A DNA stretch of 36,291 nt from positions 180,599-216,889 of the forward strand of contig NC_057719.1 of the NCBI RefSeq assembly GCF_004010195.1, read 5' to 3'. Below, one piece after another: positions 1 to 12,079 of the stretch; the stretch's first letter is position 1; the number at the start of each line of letters is the position of its first letter. A program made the position numbers and the translations under genes. This DNA is from Chiloscyllium plagiosum (lineage: Eukaryota). The notes beneath the pieces were generated by a model, which worked only from the letters and a program-made list of their open reading frames with translations, was not told the origin of the DNA and ran no database searches.

Positions 1-205
1 TCTTCCAACCTCTTCCTCATTCTCCTTGCTTTATTCTTCTTGCTCCATTACCCCACCTCACCCCTCCCATTTTCCTCCTGTCCCCATTCTTCTCCCATTC
101 CTTCCCCCATCCCATCCTTCTGTCTGATCCTCCTCTCCCATTCATCTCCCACTCCTTGCCTCCACCCCTTCATTCTCCTCCTCTTCCATCCTTATCTCCC
201 ACTCA
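1..205. repeat. Pyrimidine-rich (C/T) low-complexity tract
   Basis: Almost entirely C/T with degenerate CTCC/CCCATT units. Confidence 0.8.
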
Positions 206-354
206 ATGCCAATCCCTAACTCATTCAGCACAGCTGGAATGCTAAAGATGGAAGGTTACGCATCAGTTATACAGGGCACTGGGGAGCCTCTGTACAGCAT
301 TGGTTATCTAATTTCAGGAGGGATGTTAATACATTGGAGACAGCTTGGAGAAGC

Positions 355-1408
355 TAACCATTTGGATACAGAACTGGCTCAGAGGTAGAAGACAAGTGGT
401 GGTGGTGGAGGGTTGCTTTTCAGACTGGAGGTCTGTGACCAGTTGTCTGCCACAATGTTCAGTGCTGGGTCCACTGTTTTTTGTCATTTATATAAATTAT
501 TTGGATGTGAACATAGGTGGTACAATTAGTAATTTTACAGATTACACCAAAATTGGAGGTGTAGTGGACAGCAAAGAAGGTTACCGTAGAGTACAACTGA
601 ATCTTGATCAGCTGGGCCAATGGGCCAAGGAGTGGCAGATGGAGTTTAATTTCGATAAATGAGAGGTGCTGCATTTTGGAAAGGCAAATCAGGGTAGGAC
701 TTGCTTCGAAGGTGCTGGGGAGTGTTGCTGGACAAAGAGACTTTGGAGGGCAGGTTCATAGTTCCTTGAAAGTGGAGTTGATGACAGATAGGATAGTGAA
801 GGTGGTGTTTGGTATGCTTTCCTTTATTGGTCAGAGCTTTGAGTATAGGAGTTGGGAGGTCATGTTGTGGACGTGCAGGACATTGGTTAGGCATGTTTTG
901 GAATATTGTGTGCAATTCTGGTCTCCCTCCTCTCGGAAGGATGTTGTGAAACTTGTGAAAATGATTCGGCAAAGATTTACAATGAAGAGGCTGAATTGAC
1001 TGGGGCTGTTTTCCCTGGAGTGGAAAGATGAGGGGTGACCTTTATAGAGGTTTATAAAGTCATGAGGGGCATGGAGGATAAATAGACAGGGCCTTTTCCA
1101 TGGCTTGGGGGAGTGTAGGACTAAAGGACCTAGGTTTAGGGTGAGAGGTGAAAAATTTAATATGGACCTAAGGGGCAACCTTTTCATGCAGAGAGTGGTG
1201 CGTGTATGGAATGAGCTGCCAGAGGAAGTGGTGGAGGCTGGTACAATTACAGCATTTAAAAGGCATCTGGATGGGTATATGAATAGGAAGGGTTTAGAGG
1301 GCTATGGACCAAGAGCTGGAAAATGGGACTAGATTTGTTTAGGATATGTGGTTGGCATGGAAGGGTTGGACCGAAGAATCTGTTTCTGCTGTGCGTCTCT
1401 ATGACTCT
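355..1408 (+). mobile_element. 5'-truncated, frameshifted CR1 LINE (RT C-terminus and 3' end)
   Basis: ORFs give WIQNWL..RRQ.VVV, PQCSVLGPLFFVIYIN, W..EWQMEFN, LEYCVQFWSP, RVVRVWNELP; ends in a TCTATGACTCT tail. Confidence 0.9.
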
Positions 1409-1597
1409 GATCATCAGATTTACCAGAATACCTGGAATGTGTGGATTGTCTTAGTAGGAAAGATTGAGCTGGCAAAGCTTGTATCTATGGTGTTTAGAGT
1501 CAGTAACTTGATTAAAATATACAATCCTGAGGGGTCATGACACAACTCCACCCCCCCCCCCCACCCCCCCCCCCCGCCACTCCCATCATTACTTCCC

Positions 1598-2010
1598 ACC
1601 CGCCGCCTGGAGGAAAAATGCCTTATATTACGCCTTGGGACCCTGCAACCACATGGGATAAATGTGGATTTCAAGAGCTTCCACATTTCCCCTTTCCCCA
1701 CATTATTCCAGTCCCAAGCCTCCAACTCGGCTCTGACCTGTCCATCACTTTTCTCATCTATCTGCTCCACTCCCCCCTCTGACCTATCACCTTCTCCCTC
1801 AGCTTTGTTCACCTATCGCTTTCTTAGTTACCTTCCTCCCAATCCCACCCCCGTCCCATTTATCTCTCAGCCCCCTGTCCCACAAGCCTCATTCCTGATG
1901 AAAGGCTTATGTCCGAAACGTCAATTCTCCTGCTCCTCGGATGCTGCCTAACCTACTGTGCTTTTCCAGCAACACACTCTCAACTCTGATCTCCAGCATC
2001 TGCAGTCCTT
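1598..2010 (+). mobile_element. Penelope-like element 3' fragment (GIY-YIG C-terminus, pseudo-LTR with hammerhead, tail)
   Basis: From 1598 translates TRRLEEKCLILRLGTLQPHGINVDFKSF, typical of a PLE endonuclease end; followed by the terminal repeat shared by the short inserts in this window. Confidence 0.8.
1895..1922 (+). ncRNA. Minimal hammerhead ribozyme motif, helix II weakened
   Basis: CTGATGA A AGGC TTAT GTCC GAAA CGTC. Confidence 0.6.
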
Positions 2011-2334
2011 TTTCCTCGATGTAGAGAGGATGTTTTGTTTTATATAAGAATTAAGAATAAGTGTTCACTGTTTAAAATTAGGCATCAATTGTTAAAATTG
2101 AGATGAGGTGAACTGACATGGACTGCAATTAGACTTTTGACAGTGTTACATGGAGACTGATCAAGAACGTTAGAGCCCATGGGATCAAGGGCAATTTGCC
2201 AAATTAGATCCAAAATTGCTTTAGTGACAGGAGGCAGATGTTTTTTGTGACTGGAGGACTGTGTCTAATGGTGTATGTAGGGTTTGGTGCTGGCTTCCTT
2301 GCAGATTGTTGTACGTTTTAATGTTCAAGACATG

Positions 2335-3190
2335 GTTTGTTTGTTGGATAGAGTCAAACTCCAATATTAGTTTGTTTCTTCATATGCTACTGTACAGAGC
2401 AGAACTGCTTTAGGGACTGTATGTATATAAAGATATTTTTAATGAATAAAATATATATTTTTGAAATAAAACGAAAAGGTGGTTGATGCAGAACTTGGTG
2501 TTCCCTGGGACAAGCACTGAGACAAATGTCGACGTGCAAACAAGACCATCAACTCGGTGAAAGACACTTTTTGGTCTGCCTAAAACTTGTTTGCCTTCCA
2601 GAGCAAGGATTTGACCTCAACTAGGTGTAGTAGGCTGACACATTAAGATCCAGGACTATATGCTGAGGGATGCAGTAAAGCTTGTGGCAGCTGCAGCCCA
2701 GGTGCAGTGGGGAAAGACCACTGTCTGTCTGAGGTCTGCCAACCAAAGTATAATTGATTTGATTTATTGTTGTCACATGTATCTAAATACAGTGAAGAGT
2801 TTTTTTTGTGAGCAGTACAGGAAGATCATAACAAGCAAGGACATATAGTTCATAGAGCGCTTAGACAGCGAAGCATATAAGGTTATGGCTGCGCAGGAGG
2901 TGCATAAAGCAAGATCAACATTATTTGAAGTTAGAGAGGTACATTCAACAATCTAACGGAAATCTATTCGGTATTGGAACCTCCCAGTGCCTCAAATATA
3001 CGTAAATGACATGTTGCGTAAGTAATGAATCCTTTGGGTTTGTTTGCTGGAACTGTCAGGATAGTCAAACTCCAACGTTCGTTAAGTTCTCCATATACTA
3101 AGCATGTTTAGTAATTAGTGCTTTAGATTCACTGCATTAGTGATTATGTATATAAAGATTTTTATGGATAAAGTATATTTTTGAAATAAA
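2335..3190 (+). mobile_element. Degraded Tx1/L1-group LINE 3' fragments with two copies of the 3' end
   Basis: About 2548-2727 encodes INSVKDTFWSA..LLRDAVKL.AAAAQVQWGKTTV-like ORF2 end; 2335-2470 and 3038-3190 are similar and both end ATAAA.TATATTTTTGAAATAAA. Confidence 0.5.
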
Positions 3191-3843
3191 GTGCTTGATG
3201 ACTGGCACAAATACAGTAGGTTAAAGGTGCTGTTTTTGTGCTGTAAAATTCAGACTAGGTGAAATGTTTTCGCAGGATGTCATGAGTCTTTGGAACTTTC
3301 CCTGAAAAGATGATAGTAGCAGAATCCTTGAATATTTTTAACGCCTAGTTGGATAAATTCTTGTGAAGCAAAGGGTGTGAATGGTGATTGAGGTAGGTAA
3401 GAAAAATTTGAGATTACAAACAGATCAACCATGATTTTATTGAATGACAGAGTAGGCTCAAGCAGCCAAAAGACGACGTCTTTGTTCATTCTACCTGTTG
3501 TGTTGCAGTAAGCTCAAAGAAAGTAGTTACCTTAGAAAAGTAACTACTTAGAAAACCTTGGATTTGAGACATCATCAAGTTTGTCTGAGCAAAATTTGAA
3601 TCCATCAGCTGAATAGCCTTAACTGACATATTTGCACATAAATGAAATGCTATCATCTCTTTCTTATAATCTTTCCATCTATGCATTGATACATTAATGG
3701 TAAATGTAGGTTCATCAAATGTGATCTTGAATTGATTATTAGGGATGTATCCAGGAGCTATTAATTGGTCTGCATTATTTCAAATAATTGTTTCACTTTA
3801 TTTTACAGTCTTCAAAAGTACTTGCTCATATCACCTCCAGGAA

Positions 3844-4107
3844 ATGGACTGTGATTCCCACGATCTAAAGGAGTCAATGTTTAATAATTTCAGTGATGTT
3901 GCAGATTGGGAGGAGAGAGACTTTGCTGGGGCAGAGGTGAAGGATATGAGAGTGGAGGCGGAGGCAGTGGTCAATGATGTCAACTTTGCTGTTCGTCACA
4001 TGGCTGTCTCGAAAAGCCTCCCAATTGGAGAAGATGTTGCCTACATTAATGTAGAAACAAAAGAAGGAAACAGATACTGTCTTGAGCTAACTGAAGCAGG
4101 ACTCCGG
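3844..4107 (+). CDS. GSKIP: GSK3B-interacting protein, coding exon 1 (88 codons)
   Basis: MDCDSHDLK...[18 protein letters not shown]...[25 protein letters not shown] matches vertebrate GSKIP; candidate acceptors end at 3808 and 3840; donor GTGAGA at 4108, phase 0. Confidence 0.96.
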
Positions 4108-5149
4108 GTGAGAAGAGCAACTGACATACCAGCTAATACAAAAATAGCTTTTAATCGGGGTTAATGATCCTGTGTCTCACTTAATTTTTACTACTTTATT
4201 GCCTCTTAATGATGGCTTTTACACATTTGACTTGTAAGGCCACAATGATGTTTCTTAAACATGTCTTGCAATCAGGAGATGGTGGAATAGTTCTAATTAT
4301 ACTCGATTACTTATCCAAAGGCCCAGGCTAATGCTGTCACCAAGGCAGCAGGTAGAATTTAACTTCAGTTAATAAAATCTGAAATATTCAGATGTGAAAG
4401 AGATATGGTGTGAAAGCAGGGATATGGCCTTGATATAGAGGATCAGCCATGGTCAGCATGAGTGACATAGCAAGCTCAAAGGGCCAAATGGCCTACTCCT
4501 GCTTCTGGTTTCTGTAAGGTCCTGATGGATCTTTTTTATTGGGTAAGTTAACAATAAATTGTCTCTGGTGTTAAAGGAGTTAAAATCCAGAGGTTACAGA
4601 TTTATGGTGATTTGCAAAGGAACCAGCGGTAAGATTAGAAAAATAAATCCAGCAAATTGTTGTGATCTGAAAAGCTCCTAAACGCAAATGCAACAGTAAC
4701 TTTCAAAGAACAATTCGAGAAATACTTGAAGGAGAAAATTTTGAAGGGCTGTGGGAAAAGATCATGTGGGACATGTAATGTGGGATTATCCCCCAGATCT
4801 AAAGGAATTGATGTTTCGTCATTACAGCAACCATGAGTGTTTTCAACTGAGAGACTCTTAAGGCATAAATATTTAGGATATGAGAGCCATGGCTTTGAGA
4901 AAATTGGATTAATTGAAAAGCTTTTTCTTGGATGTGTGGTGATGTTGGTTTAGTCCAGAAAGGGTGTCTGTTCTGAACTGGTATGTTATTTGGGGGATTT
5001 GTGGTGAAGGTTACAGGTTGGTGTGTTATTTGGGCAAGTATTATATTGGTTTGTGAGATGAAACATTTTGGGTTTTGAGTTTGCAGCATACTGCACTGAG
5101 TGGACAAAGTAATTTACTTTGCATCTAATCTTTTTTTTTCCTCTTCCAG

Positions 5150-5308
5150 GTGGTAGCTTATGGCTTTGACAAGGTGGATAAATCACTGTCTATGCAGTAC
5201 CATGAAACCATTTACTCTCTCCTGGACTCACTCAGCCCCGCATATCGTGATGCATTTGGTAATGCACTTCTGCAGAGACTCGAAGCTTTAAAAAATGTAC
5301 AGGAATGA
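5150..5308 (+). CDS. GSKIP: GSK3B-interacting protein, coding exon 2 (52 codons + TGA)
   Basis: Polypyrimidine tract and CAG ending 5149; [52 protein letters not shown] includes the GSK3-binding region. Confidence 0.96.
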   Translation: MVAYGFDKVDKSLSMQYHETIYSLLDSLSPAYRDAFGNALLQRLEALKNVQE

Positions 5309-5931
5309 AAGGCCTAACTCTTGCTCCTTGTGATGACATTTTTCAACATATTTTCTAATGTTCTGGACCAAACGTACAGGACAAGAGGTGACTCTCATCC
5401 CACAGAAAATTGGTGAATTGTTTGTTATTTTTCATGTTCACACAGCAGTGTAGTTGGGATCCACATTCTTGTAGAATTTCATACCTCCTCATTCCTACAG
5501 AAAGAGAGGGAGGATGTTTGTAAGTTCCATTGCTGTAACAGAGCTGAAACTGGTACAGTCCCTTTCAGAAATCAGTCTGTATTATTGCAGCACTGTTGAT
5601 AAAGCACAGGCAACAGGAGGGTGCCTTTGACCCATGACTATGTAAAGGGCAATGGACATTGTCCAGACTAGGTTTCTTGGTGAGAGAGAAGCAAGTGACC
5701 CCAGTGTTCAGGTCAGGCCATCATGTGTCTGGTAACTTTGAGCTTCTCCCAACTTTCTCATTTAAAAATGTTGTTTCATTTTACACATTGTACTTTGACT
5801 TGTTAATTTAGGAAGAACACCTTCCTGTGCTATTAAATTGTGAAGTGCAGGTCGAACCTCTGGAGTAACAGATTCCAAAGTCAGAAAATTCAACCACTTC
5901 AAAAAAAAATTAATGTATGTTTTATGAAAAT

Positions 5932-5937
5932 AATAAA
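5932..5937 (+). terminator. Candidate GSKIP polyadenylation signal
   Basis: AATAAA about 620 nt after the stop, followed by T-rich sequence; ATTAAA also at 5832. Confidence 0.5.
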
Positions 5938-6279
5938 ATATTTTGGACGCAGTTTACTCTGCTCTTCTGTACTGAACATTCATTAATTGTGAGGGTTTTT
6001 AGTTTTATAAAAATTGTCGAACGCCTTACTGAAGTCCATATAGGTCACATCTACTGCTCTGCCTTCATCAATCTTCTTTGTTACTTCTTCAAAAAACTCA
6101 GTCAAGTTTGTGAGACATGATTTCCCACACACAAAGCCATGTTGACTATCCCTAATCAGTCTTTGAGTTTCCAAATACATGTGCATCCTGTCCCTCAGGA
6201 TTCCCTCCAACAACTTGCCCACCACCGAGGTCAGGCTCACTGGTCTATAGTTCCCTGGCTTGTCCTTACCACCATTCTT

Positions 6280-8059
6280 AGAACAAAGAACAATACAGCG
6301 CAGAACAGGCCCTTTGGTCCTCAATGTTTCGCCGACCTGAACTATTCTCAGCTCATCCCCCTGCACTATCCCAAAATCATCCATGTGCTTATCTAAGGAT
6401 AGTTTAAATCTCACTAATGTGGCTGAGTTAACTACGTTAGCGGGTAGTGCATTCCATGCCCTTACCACTCTCAGCGTAAAGAACCTGCCTCTGACATCTG
6501 TCTTAAATCTATCACCCCTAAATTTGTAGTTATGCCCCCTCGTACATGCTGATGTCATCATCCTAGGAAAAAGATTTTCACTGTCTACTCTATCTAATTC
6601 TCTGATCATCTTGTATGACTCTATCAAATCCCCTCTGAGCCGCCGCCTTGCCAATGAGAACAGGTTCAAGTCTCTCAGCCTTCCCCCATAAGACCTTCCC
6701 TCCAGACCAGGCATCATCCTGGTAAATATCCTCTGCATCTTTTCCAATGCTTCCACATCCTTCATGAAATATGGGGACCAGGACTGTACACAATATTCCA
6801 ACTGTGGCTGCACTAGTGTTTTGTCTAGTTGCAGTATGATATTGCGGCTCCGGAATTCAATCCCTCTACAAATGAAACCTAACACACCGTATGCCTTCTT
6901 AACAGCACTGTCCGCCTGGGTAGCAACTGTCTGGGATCTATGTACATGGACTCCAAGATCACTCTGCACATCCACACTACCAAGAATCTTTCCATTACTC
7001 TGCCTTCCTGTTATTCTTTCCAAAGTGAATCACCTCACATTTAGCTGCATTGAACTCCATTTGCCACCTCTCAGCCCAATTCTGCAGTTTATCCAAGTCA
7101 CCCTGCTCCCTGTAACATTCTTCTACACTGTCCACTATCCACCGACTTTAATGTCTGCAAATTTACTAATCTATCCACCTATGCCTGTATCTAAATCTTT
7201 TATAAAAATGACAAACAGCAGTGGTCCCAAAACAGATCCTTGTGGCACACCACTAGTAACTGGACTCCAGGCTGAATTATTTTCCATCAACCACCACTCG
7301 CTGCCTTCTTTCAGAAAGCCAGTTTCTAATCCAAATTGCTAAATCACCCTCAATTCCATGCCTCTGCATTTTTTGGATTTGGGTTAGATTACATTACAGT
7401 GTGGAAACACAACAAGTCCACACCGACCCGCCGAAGCGCAACCCACACATACCCCTAACGTAACACTACGGGCAATTTGGCATGGCCAATTCACCTGACC
7501 TGCACATCTTTGGACTGTGGGAGGAAACCCACGCAGACACGGGGAGAACGTGCAAACTCCACACAGTCAGTCGCCTGAGGTGGGAATTGAACCCCAGACT
7601 TTGGCGCTGTGCGGCAGCAGTGCTAACCACTGGGCCACCGTGCCACCCAACAGCCTACCATGTGGAACCTTATCAAAGGCTTTACTGAAGTCCAGGTACA
7701 CCACGTCAATTGCCCTACCCTCATCTTCTCAAAACTCAAGGAGGTTTGTGAGACATGACTTACCTTTGACGAAACCATGTTGACTATCTGGAATCAAACT
7801 GTTGTTTGCTAGATGATTATAAATCTTATCTCTTATAATCCTTTCCAAAACCTTTCATACAACAGAAGTAAGGCTCACTGGTCTATAATTACCTGGGTCA
7901 TCTCTATTGCCCTTCTTGAACAAGGGCACAACATTTATAATCCTCTAGTCCTCTGGTACTAAACCTGTAGACAATGACAACTCAAATATCAATGCCAAAG
8001 GCTCTGCTATCTCCGCCTTAGCTTCCCAGAGAATCCTCAGATGAATCCCATCCGGCCTA
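6280..8059 (-). mobile_element. Second CR1 nested in the first
   Basis: RT to C-terminus (QLEYCVQSWSP, RVVRAWNALP) with a TGTTCT-type tail at 6280; interrupts the host ORF2. Confidence 0.85.
7375..7648 (-). mobile_element. HE1/V-SINE-like tRNA-derived SINE inside the nested CR1
   Basis: Head GGGTGGCACGGTGGCCCAGTGGTTAGCAC (A box), GGTTCAATTCC (B box), core GTGTGGAGTTTGCACGTTCTCCCCGTGTCTGCGTGGGTTTCC. Confidence 0.88.
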
Positions 8060-10218
8060 TCTTAAACAGTGGCACCACGTTTGCCAACCTCCTGTCTTCC
8101 AGTATCTCACCTGTGACTATCGATGATACAAATATCTCAGCAAGAGGCCCAGCAATCACTTCTCTAGCTTCGCACAGAGTTCTCGAGTACACCTGATCAG
8201 GTCCTGGGGATTTATCCACCTTTAACAGTTTCAAGACATCCAGCACTTCCTCCTCTGTAATCTGGACATTTTGCAAAATGTCACCATCTATTTCCCTACA
8301 GTCTATATCTTCCATATCCTTTTCCACAGTAAATACTGATGCAATATACTCATTTACTATGTCCCCCATTTTCTGCAGCTCCACATAAAGGCTGCCTTGC
8401 TGATGTTTGAGGGGCCCTATTCTCTCCCTAGTTACCCTTTCGTCCTTAATGTATTTGTAAAATTCCTTCGGATTCTCCTTAATTCTATTTGCATTAGCTA
8501 TCTCATGTCCCCCTTTTGCCCTCCTGATTTCCCTCTTATGGAAAGGTTGTTTCTTTTGTGGGAGAGTCTCGGACTAGAGGGCATAATCTCAGAACAAGGG
8601 ATTGGCCATTTAAGATAGAGGTGAAGAGTAATTTCTTCCCTTGAAGAGTCATGAATCTTTCCCACAGAGGGCTGTTGAGGCTGGGTCGTTAAGTATATTG
8701 AACGGCTGAAAGACATTTTTAATCAGTAAGATAATTGAGGATTATAGGGAAAAGACAGAAAAATGGTGATAAGATCATGGTGTGATAATCTTCAATGAAT
8801 AATCGGGTGGACTGGGCCAAAAGGTCAGCTCACCACCACCTTTTTGAGGGTAATTAGGGATGGACAAGAACTGCTAGCCTCGCCAGTGATATCCATATCC
8901 CATGAGCAAATGGCACGGTTACCACCTGTTCATCCTACACAGTCCCAAGTCCACTCTCATGGCAAGGAGAGCATCTGAACAACTGACGCTTCAGTGTGCT
9001 TGATCATGAACTAGGGACACACTCCAGGAATTTCTTACTTTGTGACATTGTCTCTGTCTTCCGTCAGTCAAGATGAGAAACCCTGTTGTGGTGAATTGTA
9101 GATTAAAAACCATTATTTACCAGTTTGTGAGAGTGTCGTAACATTTTTTCTCCAAAAAAAGAAATCACTGTTAGATTAGAGACAGAAATGGAGAGGTTAC
9201 CCTACTGGGAATTTTATATAGGCCTCCGAATAGTTCCAGAGTTGTAGAAGATAGGGTAGCAAAGACGATCCTTGATAGGAGCGCAAGTAACAGGGTAGTT
9301 GTTGTGCATGGCTTTAACTTTCCAAATATTGACTGTGAATACTATAGTTCAAGTACTTTAGATGGGTCAGTTTTGTCCAGTGTGTGCAGGGGGGTTTCCT
9401 GACACAGTATGTAGACAGGCCAACAAGGCCACATTAGATTTGGTACTGGTAATGAGCCCGGCTAGGTGTTAGACTTGGAGGTAGGTGAGCACTTTGGTGA
9501 TAGTGACCACAATTCAGTTATGTTTTCTTTAGTGATGAAAAGGGATAGGTATATACCGCAGGGCAAGAGTTATAGCTGGGGAAAAGGCAATTACAATGCG
9601 ATTAGGCAGGATGTAGGATGAGGAAAGAATCTGCAGGGGATGAACAGAATTGAAATGTGGAACTTATTCAAGGAACAGCTACTGTGGATCCTTGATAAGT
9701 ATGTACCTGTCAGGCAGGTAGGAAGTTGTTGAGCGCAGGAGCCGTGATTTACTAAGGAAGTTGAATCTCTTGTCAAAAGGAAGAAGGAGGTTTATGTTAG
9801 GATGAGATGTGAAGGCTCAGTTAGGGCGCTTGAGAATTACAAGTTAGCCAGGAAAGACCTAAAGAGAGCGCTAAGAGGAGCCAGGAGAGGACATGAGAAG
9901 TCATTGGTGGATAGAATCAAGGAAAACCACAAGGCTTTCTATAGGTATATCGGGAATAAAAGGGTGACTAATGTAAGATGAGGGCCAATCAAGGATAGTA
10001 GTGGGGAGTTGTGCACGGAGCAGAGGGGATAGGGGACGAGCTAAATTACTACTTTTCATCAGTATTCACACTAGAAAAAGACTGTTGTAGAGGAGAAGAC
10101 TGAGACACCGGCTACTAGCGTAGACGGGATTGAGGTTCACAAGGAGGAGGTGCTAGCAATTTTGGAAAGTGTAAAAATAGATAAGTCCCCTGGGCCGGAT
10201 GGGGTTTATCCCAGGATT

Positions 10219-10379
10219 GAAAATGTGTTGCTGGAAAAGCGCAGCAGGTCAGGCAGCATCTAAGGAACAGGAGAATCGACGTTTCGGGCATAAGCCCTTC
10301 AGGCCTGCTACGCTTTTCCAGCAACACATTTTCAGCTCTGATCTCCAGCATCTGCAGTCCTCACTTTCTCCTCGAAGAT
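10219..10379 (+). mobile_element. Fold-back mini-Penelope insert
   Basis: Inverted arm then sense arm plus tail; imperfect 14-bp TSD TTTATCCCAGGATT (10205-10218) / TTTATTCTAGGATT (10380-10393). Confidence 0.75.
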
Positions 10380-10509
10380 TTTATTCTAGGATTCTCTGGG
10401 AAGCCAGGGAGGAGATTGCAGAGCCTTTGGCTTTTAGCTTTATGTCATCATTGTCTACAGGAATAGTGCCAGAAGATTGGAGGATAGCAAATGTTGAAGG
10501 GGAGTAGAG

Positions 10510-10879
10510 CTGGAAATGTGTTGCTGGAAAAGCGCATCCAGGGAACAGGAGAATCGACGTTTCGGGCATAAGCCCTTCTTCAGGAATGGGGAAAGTTTGT
10601 CCAGCAGGCTAAGATAAAAGGTAGGGAGGAGGGACTTGGGGGAGGAGCGTCGGAAATGTGATAGGTGGAAAGAGGTCAAGGTGAGGGTGATAGGTCAGAC
10701 TGGGGTGGGGGCGGAGAGGTCGGGAAGAAGATCTCAGGTTAGCAAGGCGGTGCTGAATTTGATGGATTTGACTGAGACAGGGTGGGGGGACGGGAAATGA
10801 GGAAACTGGTGAACTCGGATTTCACCAGTTTCCTCATTTCCAGCTCTGATCTCCAGCATCTGCAGACCTCACTTTCTCC
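10510..10879. mobile_element. Penelope insert with inverted body and sense tail
   Basis: Perfect 15-bp TSD TGAAGGGGAGTAGAG (10495-10509, 10880-10894); 21-bp-arm hairpin at 10793-10841. Confidence 0.8.
10556..10583 (-). ncRNA. Minimal hammerhead ribozyme motif, intact core
   Basis: Reverse complement CTGAAGA A GGGC TTAT GCCC GAAA CGTC. Confidence 0.7.
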
Positions 10880-11427
10880 TGAAGGGGAGTAGAGACAACC
10901 CTGATAATTATAGACCAGTGAGCCTTACTTTAGTTGTGGATAAAGTTTTGGAAAGGGTTATAAGAGATAGGAGTTATAATCATCTAGAAAGGAATAAGTT
11001 GATTAGAGATAGTCAACATGATTTTATGAAGTGGAGGTCGTTGAGAAGGTGACCAAACAGGTGGATGAGGGTTAAGTGGGTTGATGTGTTGTATACGGAT
11101 TTCAGTAAGGCGTTTGATAAGGTTCCCCACTGTAGACTTTTGCACAAAATACAGAGGCATGGGATTGGAGGTGATTTAGTGGTTTGGATCAGAAACTGGC
11201 TAGCTGAAAGAAGACAGAGGGTGGTGGTTGATGGGAAATGTTCATCCTGGAGTTCAGTTACTAGTGGTGTGCTGCAAGGACCTTTTTTGGGTCCACTGCT
11301 GTTTGTCATTTTTATAAATGACTTGGATGAGGGCATAGAAGGATGGGTTAGTAAATTTGTGGATGACACTAAGGTCAGTGGAGTTGTGAATAGTGACAAA
11401 GGATGATGCAGGTTACAGAGGGACCGA

Positions 11428-11610
11428 GTCGAGAGTGTGGTGCTGGAAAAGTACAGCAGGTCAGGCTGCATCCGAGGAGCAGGAGAATCGACATTTTGGG
11501 TAAGAACCCTTCATCAGGAATGAGGCTTGTGAGCTGAATGGGTGGAGAGATAAATGGGAGGAGGAGGGGTTTCGGGCTGGTTGGAAGGTAGCTACTCCCT
11601 CCCATTTATG
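11428..11610 (-). mobile_element. Penelope terminal fragment with decayed hammerhead (11490-11517)
   Basis: Reverse complement CTGATGA A GGGT TCTT ACCC AAAA TGTC; helix II has T-A in place of C-G. Confidence 0.7.
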
Positions 11611-11932
11611 ACTTATCGCACTCTCAGCTACCTCTCAGCTACAGTGATATTATGGAATATACTATGGCATGAACTCCAGCTCCTTTTCAGCTCATAAAGT
11701 AAGATTCCAACAGCCTCTAAACTAAGCCAAACAATTGGAGTTTGAACCTTGGCTATCTTTTCCATATCATTAACTCTTAGTCTTTCTCCCAGGCCTCGTG
11801 TTTATAACACACCGCTCAGCATATTCCACACAGTGGAAAAAGTGAGGACTGCAGATGCTGGAGATCAGAGCTGAAAAATGTGTTGCTGGAAAAGTGCAGC
11901 AGGTCAGGCAGCATCCAAGGAGCAGGAGAATC

Positions 11933-11960
11933 AACGTTTCAGGCATAAGCCCTTCTTCAG
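11933..11960 (-). ncRNA. Minimal hammerhead ribozyme motif
   Basis: Reverse complement CTGAAGA A GGGC TTAT GCCT GAAA CGTT (G-U pair, GUU triplet). Confidence 0.6.
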
Positions 11961-11965
11961 GATTC

Positions 11966-11993
11966 CTGAAGAAGGGCTTATGCCCGAAACGTC
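11966..11993 (+). ncRNA. Minimal hammerhead ribozyme motif, intact core
   Basis: CTGAAGA A GGGC TTAT GCCC GAAA CGTC. Confidence 0.72.
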
Positions 11994-12079
11994 GATTCTC
12001 CTGCTTCTTGGATGCTGCCTGACCTGCAGCACTTTTCCAGCAACACATTTTTCATATTCCACACAGTGTTTGAAGAGTG

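Larger units (their letters stand above)
6017..8540 (-). mobile_element. CR1 ORF2 fragment (host; pieces about 8540-8060 and 6279-6017)
   Basis: LKVDKSPGPD...ANVVPLFK continues across the insertion into GGKDKPGNYRPVSLTSVVGKLLE...YMDFSKAFD. Confidence 0.88.
9165..11427 (+). mobile_element. Decayed CR1 ORF2 (endonuclease end through RT) with two Penelope inserts
   Basis: [64 protein letters not shown]; stops and frameshifts present. Confidence 0.9.
11836..12052. mobile_element. 217-bp palindromic mini-Penelope insert
   Basis: 89-bp inverted arms centred on 11963, extra tail on the left, perfect 16-bp TSD CATATTCCACACAGTG (11820-11835, 12053-12068). Confidence 0.88.

Noticed and set aside
3745..4164. 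139-aa single-exon GSKIP
   Set aside because: Homology starts at ATG 3844 and ends at the 4107 donor; the rest is read-through.
5983..7023. 346-aa ORF, the longest in the track
   Set aside because: Chance in-frame fusion of the nested CR1 C-terminus with an upstream part of the host RT; domain order is scrambled.
11836..12052. MITE or DNA transposon interpretation of the fold-back inserts
   Set aside because: TSD length varies (13-16 bp), the tail is one-sided, and the same repeat follows a GIY-YIG remnant at 1598.
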